Assembly (NCBI GenBank): GCA_030141605.1
Contig: JAQGDQ010001735.1
Span: forward strand, 1-27,394
Reading direction: 5' to 3'
DNA: 27,394 nucleotides
Source: Tubiluchus corallicola
Taxonomy: Eukaryota > Animalia > Priapulida
Shown here: in pieces, positions 24,731 to 27,394 of the stretch
Position numbering within the stretch: the stretch's first letter is position 1
Layout: every line of letters begins with the position of its first letter
Made by a program: the position numbers and the translations under genes
Notes under the pieces: model-generated
Seen by the model: only the letters and a program-made list of their open reading frames with translations
Told to the model about the DNA's origin: nothing
Databases searched by the model: none

Positions 24731-27394
24731 TTATTACAGAAATCAACTGCATCAAAATGTGCCAGTTTACCTACTTCCATTTGTGCCATTTTTTTCTGTG
24801 CCATTTTTGTTGTACTCTTTTTACCTGTGCCATCGTTACCTATTTTTTCATTTGTGTCACTTTTTTCAGTGCTCTATTCTATGTGATATTTTTCCTGTGC
24901 CATTTTTACAGTGCACCCAGCTAACACAAGGCTTTGCAAAAATAAATTCCGGTTGACGGGCAATGGTCTGCAGCGTTGCATACATTTTACAATTGTCTTT
25001 CCTCCTCCTCCATGTTCAACCACTGCGGCATGCCTTTCCTAAATATTACGTCACGCATTACGTATTAACACTTTTTCGCCAGGCACGCACATATGCGCCT
25101 TTATCACGACGTTTACCGTATAAAAATGAAAAATGACCGTTGCTCTTACACGTGAAACTGTAAAATACGCGAACAGTGCATTAAATCGAAATGAAGGCAA
25201 ATGATCTCAGTGCCTTAAATAGCTTGTACCTTAACATTTAATGCATTTAATATATCTAATATGTTAATATCTAATTTAAATGTAGTTAGCAAAATTAAAT
25301 AAAGATTTAATAACATACCAAGAGGAAGCACAGTAGCCCCAAAAGTGATCTTCAAACAAATTAAAATTACACTACATAATATATAACTAAGATGTAAGAT
25401 GCTTATAACTGCAGAAATTCAGTCTTACCATAATTTACTCTGTACACACGCTTTTGCAAGTTTGTTTGGAAAATGTGATTTTACTGCTGTTTAGACAGCA
25501 GACTACATAGCTAGGCACATAATGTAACAACTATAGTTAAGTTGAATGTTAAAACACAGGGAAACGCTTTTTATAAATAAACCTTAAAAATTCTTGAAAT
25601 TTTATATCTTTTACGTGCTGTCTCATTGTATGTACGACTTGCGTTAGCAGTAACACTATATGTGAATTTAAACTCCCCCGATGACCGTTAGACCCAGCCA
25701 TTTTAACGGTAAGTCGTTTGAATTAGATTAACATTGTGAAAAATTTGGAAAAATAATCAGAGCGTTCGTAACACACTCTTCGCTAGGCAAAAGTATAAAT
25801 TACTTTATATTGTCAATAATGTGTTTTTTATGAATCAGTGGTGCACACTGGGATGGCGATACAGTAATGTTTTATGAGAGCGCCATTATCTTAGATTTAA
25901 ATTATTGAGAATTTTTTTCTTATTACATAAGTCTTTCAAACAGGTAAGCATGATGCCTTAAATAATATAACTTTTTGTATAAAGTGTTTTGGGATATACT
26001 TTAAAATTCATTTTCTTCCTCTTTAACTGAATAAAACCGATGAATAGAATTGAAACAGTGCAGCGATTAGAATTTTAAAAGTATCTGAAATCGAAATTTA
26101 TGATTATATAAGTTTCACAAACAGCGAAGCTACTGTAACACTTCTTTCGATACTTTTAAATAATTGTTGTAGTACATGTAACTGATTAAGATTATAAAGG
26201 TTGTACTAATCTTTTGAACAACTAATTTAAATTGTTTATTAACGAAGTCTACTTTGCTGGCCACTTCTTATACGCATAGCCACTAGGACAACATTTTTTT
26301 TATAAATGCAGATCCTAGTCTTGGGAGAAAGTATCTGTTGCAAGCGTTTTTCTTGATGCGGGTGAAGTTGTAACAGCGACATTATTGCGACTGCTGAAGT
26401 TACGGGATATGAAATTGTGGGCGCTGAGGTTAATGGTGCTAGGGGAGTGGGCATCGAGAAATAGGTGCTGATTTTACAAGCACCGAGTGAGCAAGCATCA
26501 AGAAATGCGCGTTTGACCATCTCACTTTTTATGATAAAAATAAAAATGTCAGTTTGCAATTTCATGAATTTCTTTTTTACTTCGTGATGCTTTTCAATAT
26601 TATTCAAGCAGCTTATCGTTCCGTTCAATTTAATTGGTCACTGCAGTGCTCAACACTCACTTACAATTGGATATCTGGAAAATAGTTTATTATACATTGA
26701 CTACAGCCAAAGCCCTGTCAAAAGGCACATGAAACTGCGCAGTATCAAAAAGATCCGCTGACATTACCGCTATGGGTACTTTTGCGTACTCAGTTGTGCA
26801 GGCTTCAGCACTTACTAAACCTACTGTAATAAACAAATATTATGATCTGATCATTAGTATAGGTGGAGGTCGGCTCAGTTGGAAATACTTCAGCCATTAA
26901 AGCACAGTTTGCAGTCATTAAATTGCAGTCTATCCTCTGCAGGAAATATATCTTGTTGTTACCCATTTTATGACTAAAAGGGAAAATACACTAGAAGCTA
27001 AACTTTGACTAAGCCAGCTGAGATCAAGCTCCGTTGAGAGGCTGGGATCTATCAAACTCTGTCAGTATTTTCTCGTGGAATCTCTTCAGAACTGGCTTCA
27101 AGTCCAGCAAAATGCAGACCATTGAGATCAAACAACTAAGCGACAATGTCCAGCTCCTTGTAAGCCGATTTCCGCACATTTACTGCACGAGTATGCCAAG
27201 GCGAGCTTAAAGATGAATTAAGATAACTTCATAATAATAAATATTATTTAAAATTATTAATTTATTGCACCAACCAACCAATTACAGCAACAATGTAACA
27301 AAAAAACATTCGTTTACGCTATGGTAATATCATTACTACAAAATATAATTGTTTCTTTGCTTAAGAAAAGAGCATAACAGTTTTTTCTCTAGTT

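Larger units (their letters stand above)
23901..24918. mobile_element. Foldback/MITE-like element with about 165-bp inverted arms built from tandem AAAAATGGCACA-type units
   Basis: 23901-24066 has repeated AAAATGGCACA(GG/AA) units and 24756-24918 has the complementary TGTGCCATTTT units. Outer ends AAAATGGCACAGGAAAAA / TTTTTCCTGTGCCATTTT match exactly. Confidence 0.75.

Noticed and set aside
23836-24956. Phe/Cys/Leu-rich ORFs
   Set aside because: Translations of the TGTGCCATTTT repeat units and microsatellite.
26239-26628. 129-aa minus-strand ORF
   Set aside because: Non-ATG start, no recognisable domain or clear splice signals.
27000-27215. More GC-balanced, coding-looking stretch with CTGAAGA on the minus strand
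   Set aside because: Frames checked were short or unrecognisable, and no hammerhead helix II/GAAA geometry is present.

Overview
AT-rich animal (invertebrate-like) genomic DNA, not prokaryotic. The only credible host coding sequence is the first coding exon of a group I-like (mGluR1/5-type) metabotropic glutamate receptor on the minus strand (ATG at 9856, phase-1 GT donor after ...VSAVHTEG at 9187). The next coding exon was not found in 1-9186, so that stretch is probably one long intron. The rest is intronic or upstream DNA rich in decayed mobile elements and inverted repeats: (1) a near-perfect inverted repeat with arms of at least 1.3 kb (1-1304 / 4064-5366, left arm cut by the window edge), whose spacer holds a decayed Academ-type XPG-nuclease transposon; (2) a non-LTR reverse transcriptase relic; (3) tRNA-derived SINE-like heads; (4) a foldback element with a nested Helentron-like (HINE) element; (5) a 317-bp inverted repeat whose arms each carry an identical minimal hammerhead-ribozyme-like motif of Penelope type with a U3:A8 variant core. 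Most other ORFs in the track look spurious. All family calls come from motif recognition by eye, not from database searches. I found no clearly new multi-gene system.
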